From positions 12,779,903 to 12,843,902 of the forward strand of contig CM082577.2 of the NCBI GenBank assembly GCA_040954595.2: a DNA stretch of 64,000 nt. Reading direction: 5' to 3'. The position numbers and the translations under genes were made by a program. Positions 50,111 to 64,000 of this stretch are shown here, piece by piece (the first letter of the stretch is position 1; every line of letters starts with the position of its first letter). Origin of the DNA: Balanoglossus misakiensis. Lineage: Eukaryota; Animalia; Hemichordata. Under the pieces are notes generated by a model. The model did no database searches. It was not told where the DNA came from and saw nothing but the letters and a program-made list of their open reading frames with translations.

Positions 50111-50731
50111 TACAGCAATGAGTGTTGTTTGCCATGTAAAGAGATAGATCGAGTCAGGCGCACTGTAGTTTGAATTAAATAAAGTACACCGTATTTTGTT
50201 GGTACTAAAAAAACATAGCAAGAAAAGTGACGATTTGCTTAATTATTTTGCCATTATAATACGTAAAATGTACCCTTTCATATTTTCACATTGTGCATAA
50301 TATTAGTTGCCCAATTTAATATTGTCGTTTGAAATGGCACCTTCAGTTACTGTTTATAAAAGTAGATGAAAATTGATATTGATTCGCACAGTATGCATGT
50401 CCAACCTATAGCAAAAATGTGTTTCCGGTAATCCGACATTGCTTAGTTCAAACCGCGATCTTTTCTAACATTCCGTTGTTGTTTTTTCCACTTGAAAAAT
50501 AAACTTGCGAGATGATACAAAACCCTGAATTTAAGCATGATCTAGATGAAGTCACAATGTCCAATATGGCTACTGGGCCCAAAAAAGTAAAAAGAAAAAA
50601 AATTCTGACCTACCCATTTCTGAAGGAAATTTTACTGAACCACACATTTTTTTTATTCTAGCCTTATTTTGTAGAGCACACAAAATTCTACACGACTGTA
50701 TTGATTGTGTGATAGTCACCAAACCCATATA

Positions 50732-50904
50732 CTGTAAACCTGTCTATAGTGGCCAGTCAATGGACTAAAATGGCCTTTATAGACAGGTGGCCTTTATATA
50801 GAGGTTAATTAATGCACATGTAAGTTGCACAGGGAATGTACCAAAGTGGCCGCAACATAGAGGTGACCACTATATAGGGGTGACCACTAACGGGGGTTTG
50901 ACTG
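50732..50904. mobile_element. Tc1/mariner (pogo/Tigger-like) MITE remnant
   Basis: ta-c(t)gtaaacctgtctatagtggcca...repeated ggtggcc/ggtgacc...ggtttgactg termini. Confidence 0.55.
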
Positions 50905-51512
50905 AAACTCTGAATTCGTTTGTACTTACCAAACCGTGATGTTGCTACAATGACAATATCAACTGTTACGTGAACTCATCAACATCTTATAGGTCAAACC
51001 CAATTTGAAATATTCAGGAAAACACAAATCTAAGACAGTGGATACATACTGATAAATAAGCGGAAGGTGTATTGTTTGGAAGGGGGTGGAGATATTTTTT
51101 GCAAGAGCCCGGAAGTAATTTTCATATGTAATGAGTGGGAACGCGCACGTGACAGGCTGCGAAACATTAAAAGTTAGGATATTGCACCACAGATCAAACA
51201 GTAGACCTTTGGTCAATTGAGGTGTCGTTTCGAGAACCGGGTACACATCCACACAGTCACTTTCAGATAACAAGGTACGTAATTGGCACCTTTCTGTATA
51301 AAAAGTATTTCTTCAGTTACAAAGTGCATGTTCCAATATCTCCAGTATACCTTTAATCATTTTCACATATGTACTTTCAAACAGAACTCGATCCATTTTC
51401 CTTAACCTGTGTAACGCATTTTAATTTACCATTGTGTCAGTAATTTTAGTCACGTCAAATTTTATACTGATTTCTTTACAGGTCTTTCTGATCAGAACCA
51501 AATAACCGCACG

Positions 51513-54500
51513 ATGAAGGCATTGGTGTTTGTGTTGGCGGTTGCAGTTGGCTTAAGAGAAACATCTGGTCAGTGTTAGCAATTTTTATAATCATCATCTG
51601 GGTTAAGCAAATTCTGTTAGGACAGTCTCAGCCAGTTTCGTATTGGGGTGCGCCGCGGCGTTTGTCAACTCGGTGGTAAAACTAGTACAAAGAAATTTTG
51701 GAGAAAATCCACACAAGTTAGGCCCACAAAAATTAAACGTGTCTGGTCTGCGCGTGCGTCACTTGAATAGCAGCGCGTCACCCCTTTTTTCCTGTTTTGC
51801 GGTGGTAGCCATGGCAAACTACGCACTGTTTCAACTTGTTCAGCCAGAACGCAACGTCTTCATTATGCAAATGAATCTGATTCGAAAACGGAGGTCGTTA
51901 CACCACAGGGGCTGCAAACATGAAAGTTATAAATGGCGGAGTTTCTGCATTTCCCCCAATAAACATTACTTGATGAACAGTCTCTGTGCTTGTTATTTTT
52001 CTGTGTTACCCCCACCTATCTTATCAGTTGCTAATCCAGAATACAAGCTATCGCATTTCCCATTAAGCACCTTCTAACGACTTAATCTGTGTACCCCATC
52101 CACAGATTTAGTGAATAAAGTAAACATCGGTCAGTTCTCACTCGGTAAAAGAAGAGTTATACCCAGTACTTGCTGACCGATGTTTACCGTGGATGGGGCA
52201 CACAGATTAAGTCGTTAGCAGGTGATTAATGGGAAATGGATAGCTTTTATTCTGGACAAGCAAATGATAAGACAGGTTGGTAAAACGCAGAACGGAACGT
52301 ACTTCGCCATTTATAACTTTCATGTTTGCAGCCCCCTGTGGTTACACGGAGCCCCGAAAAGGGTGTCTGAATTGGGTCATTTTTTCCCCAACTTTGGTCA
52401 TTAACCACTATCATCAGCGAGCGTTCTAAGTAGAGTGTTGGATTTATTTAAAGGTACATATATCGAAATATATCTCCGGGAATTTTTTTAATGATTAATG
52501 TTATAGTTTCAGAGAAATGACGTAAAGTGCAGAGTAATGAAAATTCACGTTTTCGAAACATGCGTCGCTAAATTCTTCAACGGACTGTTACGCCAAGTTC
52601 TTTTAGAAATCCGGTGTCATATTTATAAAGTATAGACATTAGCCCTTCTTCCCGTGAAGTTTGTATACTTTACGGGGCATATTAGCGAAGTTATGACGAT
52701 TTAAATTTGCTTACTTTTTGCCGTGACGAGGTCATTTTCAGTGGGAAATGGCGGGAGTTTACAGCGTAGACCATTGCCGAGCGTTCATTGCAGCATGTGC
52801 ATATTGTTTACGTCACACGTGTATAGTGTTGATAAATGCACATATTCGAAATGAGTTCATTTTATATCGGCTATTTAAACTAGCATGGTACCTACTATTC
52901 TTGAAAATTAACGATGATCATCGAGATCTGCCTAAACTACGTTATTTTGGATGTACATATACGATACGGTACGGTACGATAAAGGCTGTGTGTCCGCTTA
53001 CGGCGATGCCTCCACATGTACACCACGGCCTTACAGATTTCGTCGACTGTGGTGTTTCACAAAAAGAAAAGCGTTACTGAGCGACAAAACAAACGTTTGT
53101 AAAAAATCAATCTGATTCATTCAACTCCAAATAAAATCGCGTCAAACAGAGACCGCAAACAGCAACTAGGGTACTTGCGTTGCGTATTTACTAGTGCAGT
53201 GTTTACATTAACGGCCGGGAAACCTCGGCTCACGTGTAGGGCATCTGACGACTTCCGGGTAAAAAAAAAACCGTTTTTAGCGAAAATTCTTGAACTGACC
53301 GTTACACTTGTATCTTTACGAGCTTTCTTTACACGGTCATTTTAAAGGGACAAAGTCTTTCTCTCCCTGCCCCTTTTCCATTAATTATGTTTGATACAAG
53401 ACAACGTCTATTTTATTCTATATGTGGATATATAGTGAATCAACGTTCAACCACACACAACATCCACCCCACTTGCAGACACGAGAGTGCAAACTCACCA
53501 AAATGAATAATTGGTGTTTACCATATATTCATTTTGGCGAGATTTTTACTCGCAACAAATGGGATGCAAGTTGTGTGTGGTCGAACGTTGATTCACTATA
53601 CTAGTATATCCACATGTACATTAATATAAACGGTGTATTGTATCAAACATCATTAATGGGAAAAAGGGCAGCGAGAGAAAGACTTTGTCCCTTTAAGTGT
53701 AGAAAAACCCACATAACCCTGAAATCTGTAAACTTTCCGGTGCATATTATGGAAACTGGAAGCGAAAAATTGGACCATATTTTCGACCGCTGAAGTAACC
53801 TTCGGAAAATCGCCGTAATATCAATATTTTAGCAAATAATTCCAAAATCCATTTGAATGGCACGAAATAAGACATGTCAGGGGAGGTTTTCGCGTTTACA
53901 TGATTTAAAATAACGCACTCTAGCGAAAGTTACGGCAAGTTGAAAATGCCTCAAAAAACGGTCTGTGAGCGGCCATTCAATATGTAACGGTCCTGATCTG
54001 GATTAGTCTCGGTTACCCAGACGCTTTTGCTTCTTCCGATGCTCTCCAGAAAAGGGTCTGGGGAAATAATATTGAACGCTTTGTAAAACAAAATGGCCGA
54101 TGTCAGGATTTTGATCATCCGCTGATTGGCTGATCTGTCAGTATGACCCGGGTCACTGCAATACAATGTAGTTCCGACAATCGTCTACCAAAGACATTTC
54201 GTATAATTTCTCCACCAATGCTAACTGAGGACGCCTGTTGCCTTTCACATCAATAATTGATATGACGAGAAGACAAATAATCACACATTGTCGAGAGTCA
54301 GTGACCCGGGTCATACTGACAGATCATCCAATCAGCGGATGATCAAAATCCTGACATCGGCCATTTTGTTTTACAAAGCGTTCAATAGTATTTCCCCAGA
54401 CCCTTTTCTGGAGAGCATCGGAAGAAGCAAAGGCGTCTGGGTAACCGAGACTAGATCTGTATAGGAGATAATATGCTAATGAGGGTGTTGCGTTCTGGCT

Positions 54501-57111
54501 GAGCTATAAATCACTGGGCACTTTTGCGCTACGCTCGGACAGCTGGCCGGCCTCAAAGATCATTGACTAAAATGTTGCAATTGTTTTTATCAAGTGCTCA
54601 AAGGTTACATTTTGAGACCTAATCAAGATATGCAAATTAGGTAAAGACGCACTCAAAAGAGCAGAGGACGCACGTTTTGTCTCTTCTCCTGAGCTATTTA
54701 AAAGTAAACAGGCCATACCACAAACTTTACTGTGTGTGGCTACACCACCCAGATTTATTACAACCACGTGCACCCAGCTTTATTACAACAATAGTTTATT
54801 ACAATTGTTCTGATACATGGAGGTTCATAAAACTGCCTAGACCCCGCCCTAAAAAACACAGCTTAAAATCCCTCTTAGAGGGAAAATTCCTCTGAACAAG
54901 CGTTAGGTCTCTGAACCAAAACAAAAAAGAAAAGAAATAAAATTTTAACACAACACAAGGCGACTCGACTGGCCGGCGGTAGCGCGTAGACTGACCTAAT
55001 CTACTTGATATTCATACTCCTATAAACAGCACCCTCACGAAACAACAAAACATTTTTTTCTCTCTATATGCGTTGTACCTTGAGAAGTAACATTTTGTGG
55101 TTTCATTGCGTCCCAAGAGACCCAGGAAATAAAAAAAAACAAGAGCGACCAGTGATAATAGAAGAGCTGAATTCACGGCATTGCATTACAGTTTTTACCA
55201 TACAGCCCACGTCATACGGGACAGTGGCTCACTAGCAGTTCAAAATGTTTCTTTATTCAACTTGAACTCAGTGTTATTCAATACAAATATTTAACATGAA
55301 TGAACCTAATTGCGTCCTTAATGCCTGTCATCATCAGGGGTGGGTGGGGGTTGTGTAATAATCAATGAACAGAAAAAGTTTTCTTATACTAACTGTGCAA
55401 GTAAACCAACATTTAGAGACAAGTAATAAACATACGAAAGTCTAAAACTACTACTATAACTACTAATTCAACTTTAGTATAAGATCAAAATTATTTTATA
55501 CTGGGAAAGTAGTTTCTAGGTTTGATTGAAAACTAACATTTCAAAGGCAACATGAATTAGTTCTGCTACCAATTGTGCATGTTATTTCTATGGGGTTCAT
55601 AATAACAACATACATTACGATCTCAACATTATTTTTGGCGAAGCGGGTGAAAATGTTACGAACGCCGCAACAGTAAACATTCCCAACGTTCCCGCGTTTT
55701 CAGGCCAGACCAATTTAGCATTGGGAAAACCCGTCAGAGGTATAAGGCTGGAACCAGGTACACTGGACACACTACCTTATCTCGTCGACGGTAATCCACA
55801 AACCTGTGCTGATTCTGGTCCATTGGTGGACCGACCAACACTTCAGATTGATTTGGGAAGTCAATATCTAATTGAAAGTGTCAACTTTGTGTTTCCGCAA
55901 GATTGCACAGACGCTATGTCACGAACAGGCTGTAAGTACATGCTTTCCTCATGTACAGAGAATTGTATGCGCTTAGAATACAAAAAGAACGTTAAATATT
56001 TTTATCTCAATGCTCGAATTTGACGAAAGCCTACAACAGATACACACCTTATCGAAATATGACCGCAGTATATCAGAAACAGGTGAATATTCATAATAAG
56101 TGCATAAACATGTGTTCAATACTGTGCATAATTTGACCGTAATATCCAAACAAGTGATATGCATTATATCCGTTTTCAACAGATTTCCAATTTGCCTATT
56201 TAAACACTGGCAAGCTTTATCCGTAAGGATAAATAATCTTAACTTATTAAAACATTATGGATTTAGTGAAATCTAAAATGGCTACTTTTTCTTCAAAGGT
56301 GGGTATCACAACTTTGTTATCATGGTCGGTAATACATTGGACGGCTCCGGGCAAGAATGCGTAAGTAGGCAGAGTAATGCATTTGTACCAGGTGGTGAAT
56401 TATCATTGGAGTGTGCAGGGGGCGCTATCATAGGCAGATATGTAACTTTCATCAAAGAGAAAACCGACCTCAAACGAGCAACTTACCTTTGTGAATTACA
56501 AGTCTTTGGACAAGGTAAGTATCAATGGCATTTCTTGGGGGTCTTCGCAGATTTGCACGGTATTAATTTGTTTATCTCGATTTACATCAACTATTTAACA
56601 TCAACAATAAAATCCGGACAATGTAACTATAATTACGTTGCAAATATTCACTCCACTACTTACATCTTTTGAATTTTAAAGCCAGATGAATTATATTATA
56701 ACAAGCCTATGTGTCTGTCTATCTTTCTGTTTGTGTGTACCTGCGTGCGTGCGTGCGTGCGTATGTATGTATGTATGTATGTATGTATGTATGTATGTAT
56801 GTATGTATGTATGTATGTATGTATGTATGTTTGTATGTATGTATGTATGTATGTATGTATGTATGTATGTATGTATGTATGTATGTATGTATGTATGTAT
56901 GTATGTATGTATGTATGTATGTATGTATGTATGTATGTATGTATGTATGCATGCATGCATGCATGCATGCATGCATGCATGCATGCATGCATGCATGCAT
57001 GCATGCATGTATGTATGTATGTATGTATGTATGTATGTATTTATGTATGTATGTATGGATGGATGGAAGGATGGATGGATGGATGTGTATGTGTCTGTGT
57101 GTGTTTGTGTG

Positions 57112-57143
<32 letters not shown>

Positions 57144-57343
57144 TGTATGTATGTATGTATGTATGTATGTATGTATGTATGTATGTATGTATGTATGTAT
57201 GTATGTATGTATGTATGTATGTATGTATGTATGTATGTATGTATGTATGTATGTATGTATGTATGTATGTATTTATGTATGTATGTATGGATGGATGGAA
57301 GGATGGATGGATGGATGTGTATGTGTCTGTGTGTGTTTGTGTG

Positions 57344-57375
<32 letters not shown>

Positions 57376-57531
57376 TGTATGTATGTATGTATGTATGTAT
57401 GTATGTATGTATGTATGTATGTATGTATGTATGTATGTATGTATGTATGTATGTATGTATTTATGTATGTATGTATGGATGGATGGAAGGATGGATGGAT
57501 GGATGTGTATGTGTCTGTGTGTGTTTGTGTG

Positions 57532-57563
<32 letters not shown>

Positions 57564-60500
57564 TGTATGTATGTATGTATGTATGTATGTATGTATGTAT
57601 GTATGTATGTATGTATGTATGTATGTATGTATGAATGTATGTATGTATGTATGTATGTATGTATGTATGTATGTATGTATGTATGTATGTATGTATGTAT
57701 GTATGCATGCATGCATGCATGCATGCATGCATGGATGTATGTATGTATGTATGTATGTATGTATGTATGTAGTAAATATTATTCCAACGACATGTCTACG
57801 AACATCATATGTAGTAAGAAAAACATCGACATTCGGAAATAACATGTGCATCTCTATTTTGTTTACCTATATAGAACTTGAATGTAATCTTGCTCTGTAT
57901 GAACCAGTGAGGGGTATAAGGCTGGAACCCGGTACACTGGACACACTACCTTATCTCGTCGACGGTAATCCACAAACCTGTGCTGATTCGGGTCCATTGG
58001 TGGACCGACCAACATTTCAGATTGATTTGGGAAGTCAATATCTAATTGAAAGTGTCAAATTTGTGTTTCCGCAAGATTGCACGGACGCTATGTCAGGGAC
58101 AGGCTGTAAGTAGATGCTTTTATAATTAACAGTGCATTTTATACGCTTTAAATGCAAAAAAGAAAGTTAAATATTTTTATCTAAATGTTCGAATTTGACG
58201 AAAGCTGCAACTGAAATCCATGTTTCCGAGATTTGAATGTCAAAAACGACCAAGAGATATATCAGAAAGGGGTGTATATTCATAATTAATGCATATACAT
58301 TTGTTCAATAATGTGCCTAATTTGACAGTATTATCCAACCAAATGATATGCATTATATCCGCATTCAACAGATTTCCAATTTGCCTATTTAAACACTGGC
58401 ACGCTTTGTCCGTAAGGGTATATTATCTTAACGTTTTAATACATTATGAGTTTAGTGAAGAATACAATGGCTATTATTTCTTCATAGGTGGGTATCACAA
58501 CTTTGTTATCATGATCGGTAATGAATTGGACGGCTCCGGGCAAGAATGCGTAAGTAGGCAGAGAAATGCATTTGTACCAGGTGGTGAATTGTCATTGGAG
58601 TGTGGAGGGGGCGCTATCATAGGCAGATATGTAACTTTCATCAAAGAGAAAACCGACCTCAAACGAGCAACTTACCTTTGTGAATTACAAGTCTTTGGAC
58701 AAGGTAAGTATCAATGGACTTTCTTAGACTTCGGGCTCTTCGCAGATTTGCCAGGTATTAATTTGTTTATCTCGATTGACATCAACTATTTAACATCAAC
58801 AAATAAAATACAAAAAGGACAATGTAACCATAATTACGTTGGATATTTACCCGCTTTAAAAAAATCCGTGCTTATATAAGCCAGAAGGGTTATATTAAAC
58901 ATAATCTGTGTCTGTCTGCCTGTATGACTGGCTGTCTGTCTGGCTGGCTGGCTGTCTGTCTATCTGGACGGATGGCTGGCTGTCTGTCTGTCTGTCTGTC
59001 TGTCTGTCTGGCTGGCTGGCTGGCTGTCTGTCTATCTGGACGGATGGCTGGCTGGCTGTCTGTCTGTCTGGCTGGCTGGCTGGCTGGCTTACTGTCTGTC
59101 TATCTGGACGGATGGCTGGCTGGCTGTCTGTCTGGCTGGCTGGCTGGCTGGATGGATGGCTTACTGCCTGTCTGTCTGGCTGGCTGGATGGATGGATGGC
59201 TGGCTGTCTGTCTGGATGGACTGCTGTCTGTCTGTCTGGCTGGCTGGCTAGCTGTCTGAGTGCAAAGTGTCTGTGTGTGTGTGTGTGTGGTGTTATTGTT
59301 TTCAACCACGGTAATTATTATAACGACGTATCAAGGATTATCAAAAAGTAGTAATAAAAACATCGTTATCCAGAAATAATATGTGTTTCCATGTTTTGTT
59401 TACCAATATATTTAGTCTTTGAAAGCAATCTGGCTTTGAATGAAGCAGTGATGGGTATAAGGCTGGAACCAGGTACACTGGACACACTACCTTATCTTGT
59501 CGACGGTAATTCACAAACCTGTGCTGATTCTGGTCCATTGGTGGACCGACCAACATTTCAGATTGATTTGGGAAGTCAATATCTAATTGAAAGTGTCAAA
59601 TTTGTGTTTTCGCAAGATTGCACGGACGCTATGTCAGGGACAGGCTGTAAGTAGATGCTTTGCTAATTGACAGTGCATTTTATTTTATTTGACGAAAGCT
59701 GCAACTGATATCCAGGTTTTCGAGTTCTTAATGTCTTAAACGACCAAGACATATATCGGAAAGGGGTGTATATTCATAATTAATTCATATATATTTGTTC
59801 AATAATGTGCCTAATTTGACAGTAATATCCAACCAAATGATATGCAATATACCGCTTTCAACAGATTTCCAATTTGCCTATTTAAACACTGGCATGTTTT
59901 GTCCGTAAGGGTATATTATCTTAACTTATTAAAACATTATGGATTTAGTGAAAACTAAAATGGCTACTTTTTCTTCAAAGGTGGGTATCACAACTTTGTT
60001 ATCATGGTCGGTAATGAATTGGACGGCTCCGGGCAAGAATGCGTACGTAGGCAGAGTAATGCATTTGTACCAGGTGGTGAATTGTCATTGGAGTGTGCAG
60101 GGGGCGCTATCATAGGCAGATATGTAACTTTCATCAAAGAGAAAACCGACCTCAAACGAGCAACTTACCTTTGTGAATTACAAGTCTTTGGACAAGGTAA
60201 GTATCAATGGACTTTCTTCGGGCTCTTCGCAGATTTGCCAGGTATTAATTTGTTTATCTCGATTTACATCAACTATTTAACAAGTCATCAACAAATAAAA
60301 TAAAATTCGGACAATGTAACCAAAATTACGTTGGAAATATACCCACGTTTTTAAAAAAATTATCTGTGCTTATATAAGCCAGAAAGGGTTATATTAAAAA
60401 TAATCTGTCTGTCTGTTTGTCTGACTGGCTGGCTGGCTGTCTGGATGGCTGGCTGTCTGGATGGATAACTGGCTGTCTGTCTGTCAGTCTGTCTGACTGG

Positions 60501-61220
60501 ATGGATGGCTGGCTGTCTGTCTGGATGGCTGGCTGGCTGTCATTCTGTCTGTCTGGCTGGCTGGCTGTCTTTCTGTCTGTCTGTCTGTCTGGCTGTCTGT
60601 CTGTCTGTCTGTCTGTCTGGATGGATGGCTGGCTGTCTTGATGGCTGTCTGTCTGTTTGTCTGACTGTCTGGATGGCTGGCTGTCTGGATGGATAACTGG
60701 CTGTCTGTCTGTCAGTCTGTCTGTCTGACTGGATGGATGGCTGTCTGGCTGGCTGGCTGGCCGTCTGTCTGGCTGGCTGGCCGTCTGTCTGTCTATCTGT
60801 CTGTTTGTCTGCCTGGCTGGCTGTCTGGATGGATAACTAGCTGTCTGTCTGTCAGTCTGTCTGACTGGATGGATGGCTGGCTGTCTGTCTGGATTGCTGG
60901 CTGTCATTCTGGCTGTCTGGCTGGCTGTCTTTCTGTTTGTCTGTCTGGCTGGCTGTCTGTCTGTCTGAATGGCGTCTGGATGGCTGTCTGTCTGGCTGGA
61001 TGGCTGGCTGTCTGTCTGGCTGTCTGTCTGGCTGGCTGTCTGTCTGTCTGGCTGTCTGTTTGGATGGATGGCTGTCTGTCTGGATGGCTGGCTGTCTGGA
61101 TGAATGGATGGATGGATGGCTGTCGGTCTGTCTGTCTGGCTGGCTGGCTGTCTGTCTGTCTGGATGTCTGTCTGTCTGGCTGGCTGTCTGAATGAATGGC
61201 TGTCTGTCTGTCTGGCTGGC

Positions 61221-61253
<33 letters not shown>

Positions 61254-62259
61254 GGCTGTCTGTCTGGCTGTCTGGATGAATAGCTGACTGGCTGGCTGGC
61301 TAGATGGATGGATGGATGGATGGATGGCTGTCTGAGTGTAAAGTGTGTGTGTGTGTGGTGTTATTGCTTTCAGCCACGGTAAATATTATAACGACGTATC
61401 AAGGATTATCAAAAAGTAGTAATAAAAACATCGTTTTCCAGAAATAATATGTGTTTCCATGTTTTGTTTACCAATATATTTAGTCTTTGAAAGCAATCTG
61501 GCTTTGAATGAAGCAGTGAGGGGTATAAGGCTGGAACCAGGTACACTGGACACACTACCTTATCTCGTCGACGGTAATCCACAAACCTGTGCTGATTCTG
61601 GTCCATTGGTGGACCGACCAACATTTCAGATTGATTTGGGAAGTCAATATCTAATTGAAAGTGTCAAATTTGTGTTTCCGCAAGATTGCACAGACGCTAT
61701 GTCTGGGACAGGCTGTAAGTAGATGCTTTTCTAATTGACAGTGCATTTTATTTTATTTGACGAAAGCTGCAACTGATATCCAGGTTTTCGAGTTCTTAAT
61801 GTCTTAAACGACCAAGACATATATCGGAAAGGGGTGTATATTCATAATTAATTCATATATATATTTGTTCAATAATGTGCCTAATTTGACAGTAATATCC
61901 AACAAATGATATGCAATATACCGCTTTCAACAGATTTCCAATTTGCCTTTTTAAACACTGGCATGCTTTGTCCGTAACGGTATATTATCTTAACTTATTA
62001 AAACATTATGGATTTAGTGAAAACTGAAATGGCTACTTTTTCTTCAAAGGTGGGTATCACAACTTTGTTATCATGGTCGGTAATAAATTGGACGGCTCCG
62101 GGCAAGAATGCGTACGTAGGCAAAATAATGCATTTGTACCAGGTGGTGAATTGTCATTGGAGTGTACAGGGGGCGCTATCATAGGCAGATATGTAACTTT
62201 CATCAAAGAGGGAAGAATACGAGCAACTTACCTTTGTGAATTACAAGTCTTTGGACAAG
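51513..62259 (+). CDS. Secreted F-type lectin protein, at least 4 tandem domains (gene 2; continues past the window)
   Basis: Exons 51513-51567 (MKALVFVLAVAVGLRETS), 55704-55931 + 56299-56514, 57875-58105 + 58488-58703, 59416-59646 + 59981-60196, and 61484-61714 + 62050-62259. All phase-1 GT-AG introns, no stops within exons. The terminal exon is not in the window. Confidence 0.88.
51904..52340. mobile_element. Fold-back MITE with 7-bp TSD (P-element-like)
   Basis: cacagggggctgcaaacatgaaagttataaatggcg...cgccatttataactttcatgtttgcagccccctgtg, flanked by gttacac on both sides. Palindromic along most of its length. Confidence 0.7.
53346..53692. mobile_element. Kolobok-type palindromic MITE, TTAA TSD
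   Basis: ttaa|agggacaaagtctttctctc...gagagaaagactttgtccct|ttaa. Confidence 0.8.
54004..54453. mobile_element. Academ-like MITE with ~155-bp TIRs and 9-bp TSD
   Basis: tagtctcggttacccagacgc...gcgtctgggtaaccgagacta; flanks gatctggat / gatctgtat. Confidence 0.8.
56740..57771. repeat. (TATG)n/(CATG)n microsatellite with higher-order repeat
   Basis: Three copies of an interrupting block (tttatg...ggatggaaggatgg...gtgtctgtgtgtgtttgtgtgtata) at ~57040, ~57272 and ~57460. Confidence 0.95.
58905..59260. repeat. Compound microsatellite (GTCT/GGCT/GGAT)
   Basis: Directly visible; inter-cassette intron. Confidence 0.95.
60404..61335. repeat. Compound microsatellite (GTCT/GGCT/GGAT)
   Basis: Directly visible; inter-cassette intron. 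Confidence 0.95.
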
Positions 62260-62457
62260 GTAAGTATCAATGGCATTTCTTGGGGGTCTTCGCAGATTTG
62301 CACGGTATTAATTTGTTTATCTCGATTTACATCAACTATTTAACAACAAATAAAATAGAAATCGGACAATGTAACCATAATTACGTTGGAAATATACCCA
62401 CGTTTTTAAAAAAAATTATCTGTGCTTATTTAAGCCTGAAGGGTTATATTAAAATAA

Positions 62458-64000
62458 TCTGTCTGTCTGTCTGTCTGTCTGGCTGGCTGTCTGTCTGTCT
62501 GGCTGGCTGTCTGTCTGTCTGTCTGGATGGCTGGCTGGCTGTCTGGATGGATGGCTGGCTGTCTGTCGGTCTGGCTGGCTGTCTCTCTGTCTATCTGGCT
62601 GGCTGGCTGGCTGTCTGTCTGGCTGGCTGGATGTCTGTCTGTCTGGATGGATGGATGGATGGCTGACTGGTTGTCTGTCTGTCTGGATGGATGGATGGAT
62701 GTCTGGCTGGATGGCTGTCTGTCTGGATGGATGGATGGATGGCTGTCTGTCTGTCTGTCTATCTGGATGGATGGATGGATGGATGGATGGATGGCTGTCT
62801 GGCTGGCTGGATGTCTGGCTGGCCGGCTGGATGTCTGGCTGGCCGACTGTCTGAATGGATGGATGGATGGATGGATGGCTGACTGGTTGTCTGTCTGTCT
62901 GGATGGATGGATGGATGTCTGGCTGGATGGCTGTCTGTCTGGATGGATGGATGGGTGGCTGTCTGTCTGTCTATCTGGATGGATGGATGGATGGATGGAC
63001 GGATGGCTGGCTGTCTGTCTGTCTGGCTGGATGTCTGGCTGGCCGGCTGTCTGTCTGTCTGGATGGATGGATGGATGGATGGTTGTCTGTCTGTCTATCT
63101 GGATGGATGGATGGATGGATGGATGGCTTGCTGGCTGTCTGTCTGTCTGTCTGGCTGGCTGGCTGGCTGGCTGGCTGTCTGTCTGTCTGTCTGGATGGAT
63201 GGCTGGCTGTCTGGATGGATGGCTGGCTGTCTGTCGGTCTGGCTGGCTGGGTGTCTGTCTGTCTGCTTGGCTGGCTGTCTGTCTGGATGGATGGATGGAT
63301 GGATGGATGGATGGATGGATGGATGGATGGATGGCTGGCTGTCTGTCTGTCTGGATGGATGGATGGATGGCTGTCTGTCTGTCTGACTATCTGGATGGAT
63401 GGATGGCTGTCTGTCTGGCTGGCTGGCTAGCTGTCTGTCTGTCCGTCTGGCTGCCTGTCTGTCTGGATGGATGGATGGATGGATGGATGGATGGCTGTCT
63501 GTCTGTCTGTCTGGATGGATGGCTGGCTGGCTGTCTGGATGGCTGGCTGGCTGTCTGTCGGTCTGGCTGGCTTTCTGTCTGTCTGTCTGGATGGATGGAT
63601 GGATGGATGGATGGCTGTCTGTCTGTCTATCTATCTGGATGGATGGATGGCTGTCTGTCTGGCTGGCTGGCTAGCTGTCTGTCTGTCCGTCTGGCTGGCT
63701 GGCTGGTTGGCTGTCTGTCTGTCTGGATGGCTGGCTGGCTGTCTGGATGGATGGCTGGCTGTCTGTCTGTCGGTCTGGCTGGCTTTCTGTCTGTCTGTCT
63801 GGATGGATGGCTGTCTGGCGGTCTGTCTGTCTGTCTGTCTGTCTGGATGGATGGATGGATGGATGGATGGCTGTCTGTCTATCTGGATGGATGGATGGAT
63901 GGATGGATGGCTGTCTGTCTGTCTGTCTGTCTGTCTATCTGGATGGATGGATGGGTGGATGGCTGTCTGTCTGTCTATCTGTCTATCTGGATGGATTGCT
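62458..64000. repeat. Compound microsatellite (GTCT/GGCT/GGAT), >1.5 kb, runs off the window
   Basis: Directly visible. Confidence 0.95.

Larger units (their letters stand above)
51838..54504. mobile_element. TIR element containing nested MITEs, in intron 1 of lectin gene 2
   Basis: TIR cagccagaacgcaac...cattat/agca at both ends. Absent from gene 1 (33027-33032). Confidence 0.75.

Overview
Intron-rich, AT-rich eukaryotic DNA, most consistent with a marine invertebrate animal; most entries in the ORF track are spurious or single exons. From 5' to 3': (1) the 3' end of a Crypton-like tyrosine-recombinase element ending in a ~160-bp hairpin, abutted by a 5'-truncated L2/CR1-group LINE. (2) A minus-strand gene with four one-exon copies of an unrecognised ~140-155 aa Cys-containing domain followed by a C-type lectin exon. 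(3) A degraded Rex1/Babar LINE. (4) A ~6.2-kb CACTA/EnSpm-like element carrying a BEN-domain ORF, which is split by a hairpin-ended element. (5) A complete 16-coding-exon arylsulfatase B-like gene (516 aa). (6) A segmental duplication (from ~27.5 kb and ~47.3 kb). Each copy carries a secreted F-type lectin gene built from near-identical two-exon cassettes (3 and at least 4 domains) separated by long microsatellites; the domains lack the canonical fucose-binding residues. Many MITEs (Harbinger-, Academ-, Kolobok-, P- and Tc1/mariner-like) can be delimited, several with empty sites visible in the duplicate copy. The leading candidates for new biology are the microsatellite-spaced lectin cassette system, the hairpin-ended element family linked to a tyrosine recombinase, the BEN-carrying CACTA element and the unrecognised repeated domain. 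All calls were made by eye; no database searches were run.
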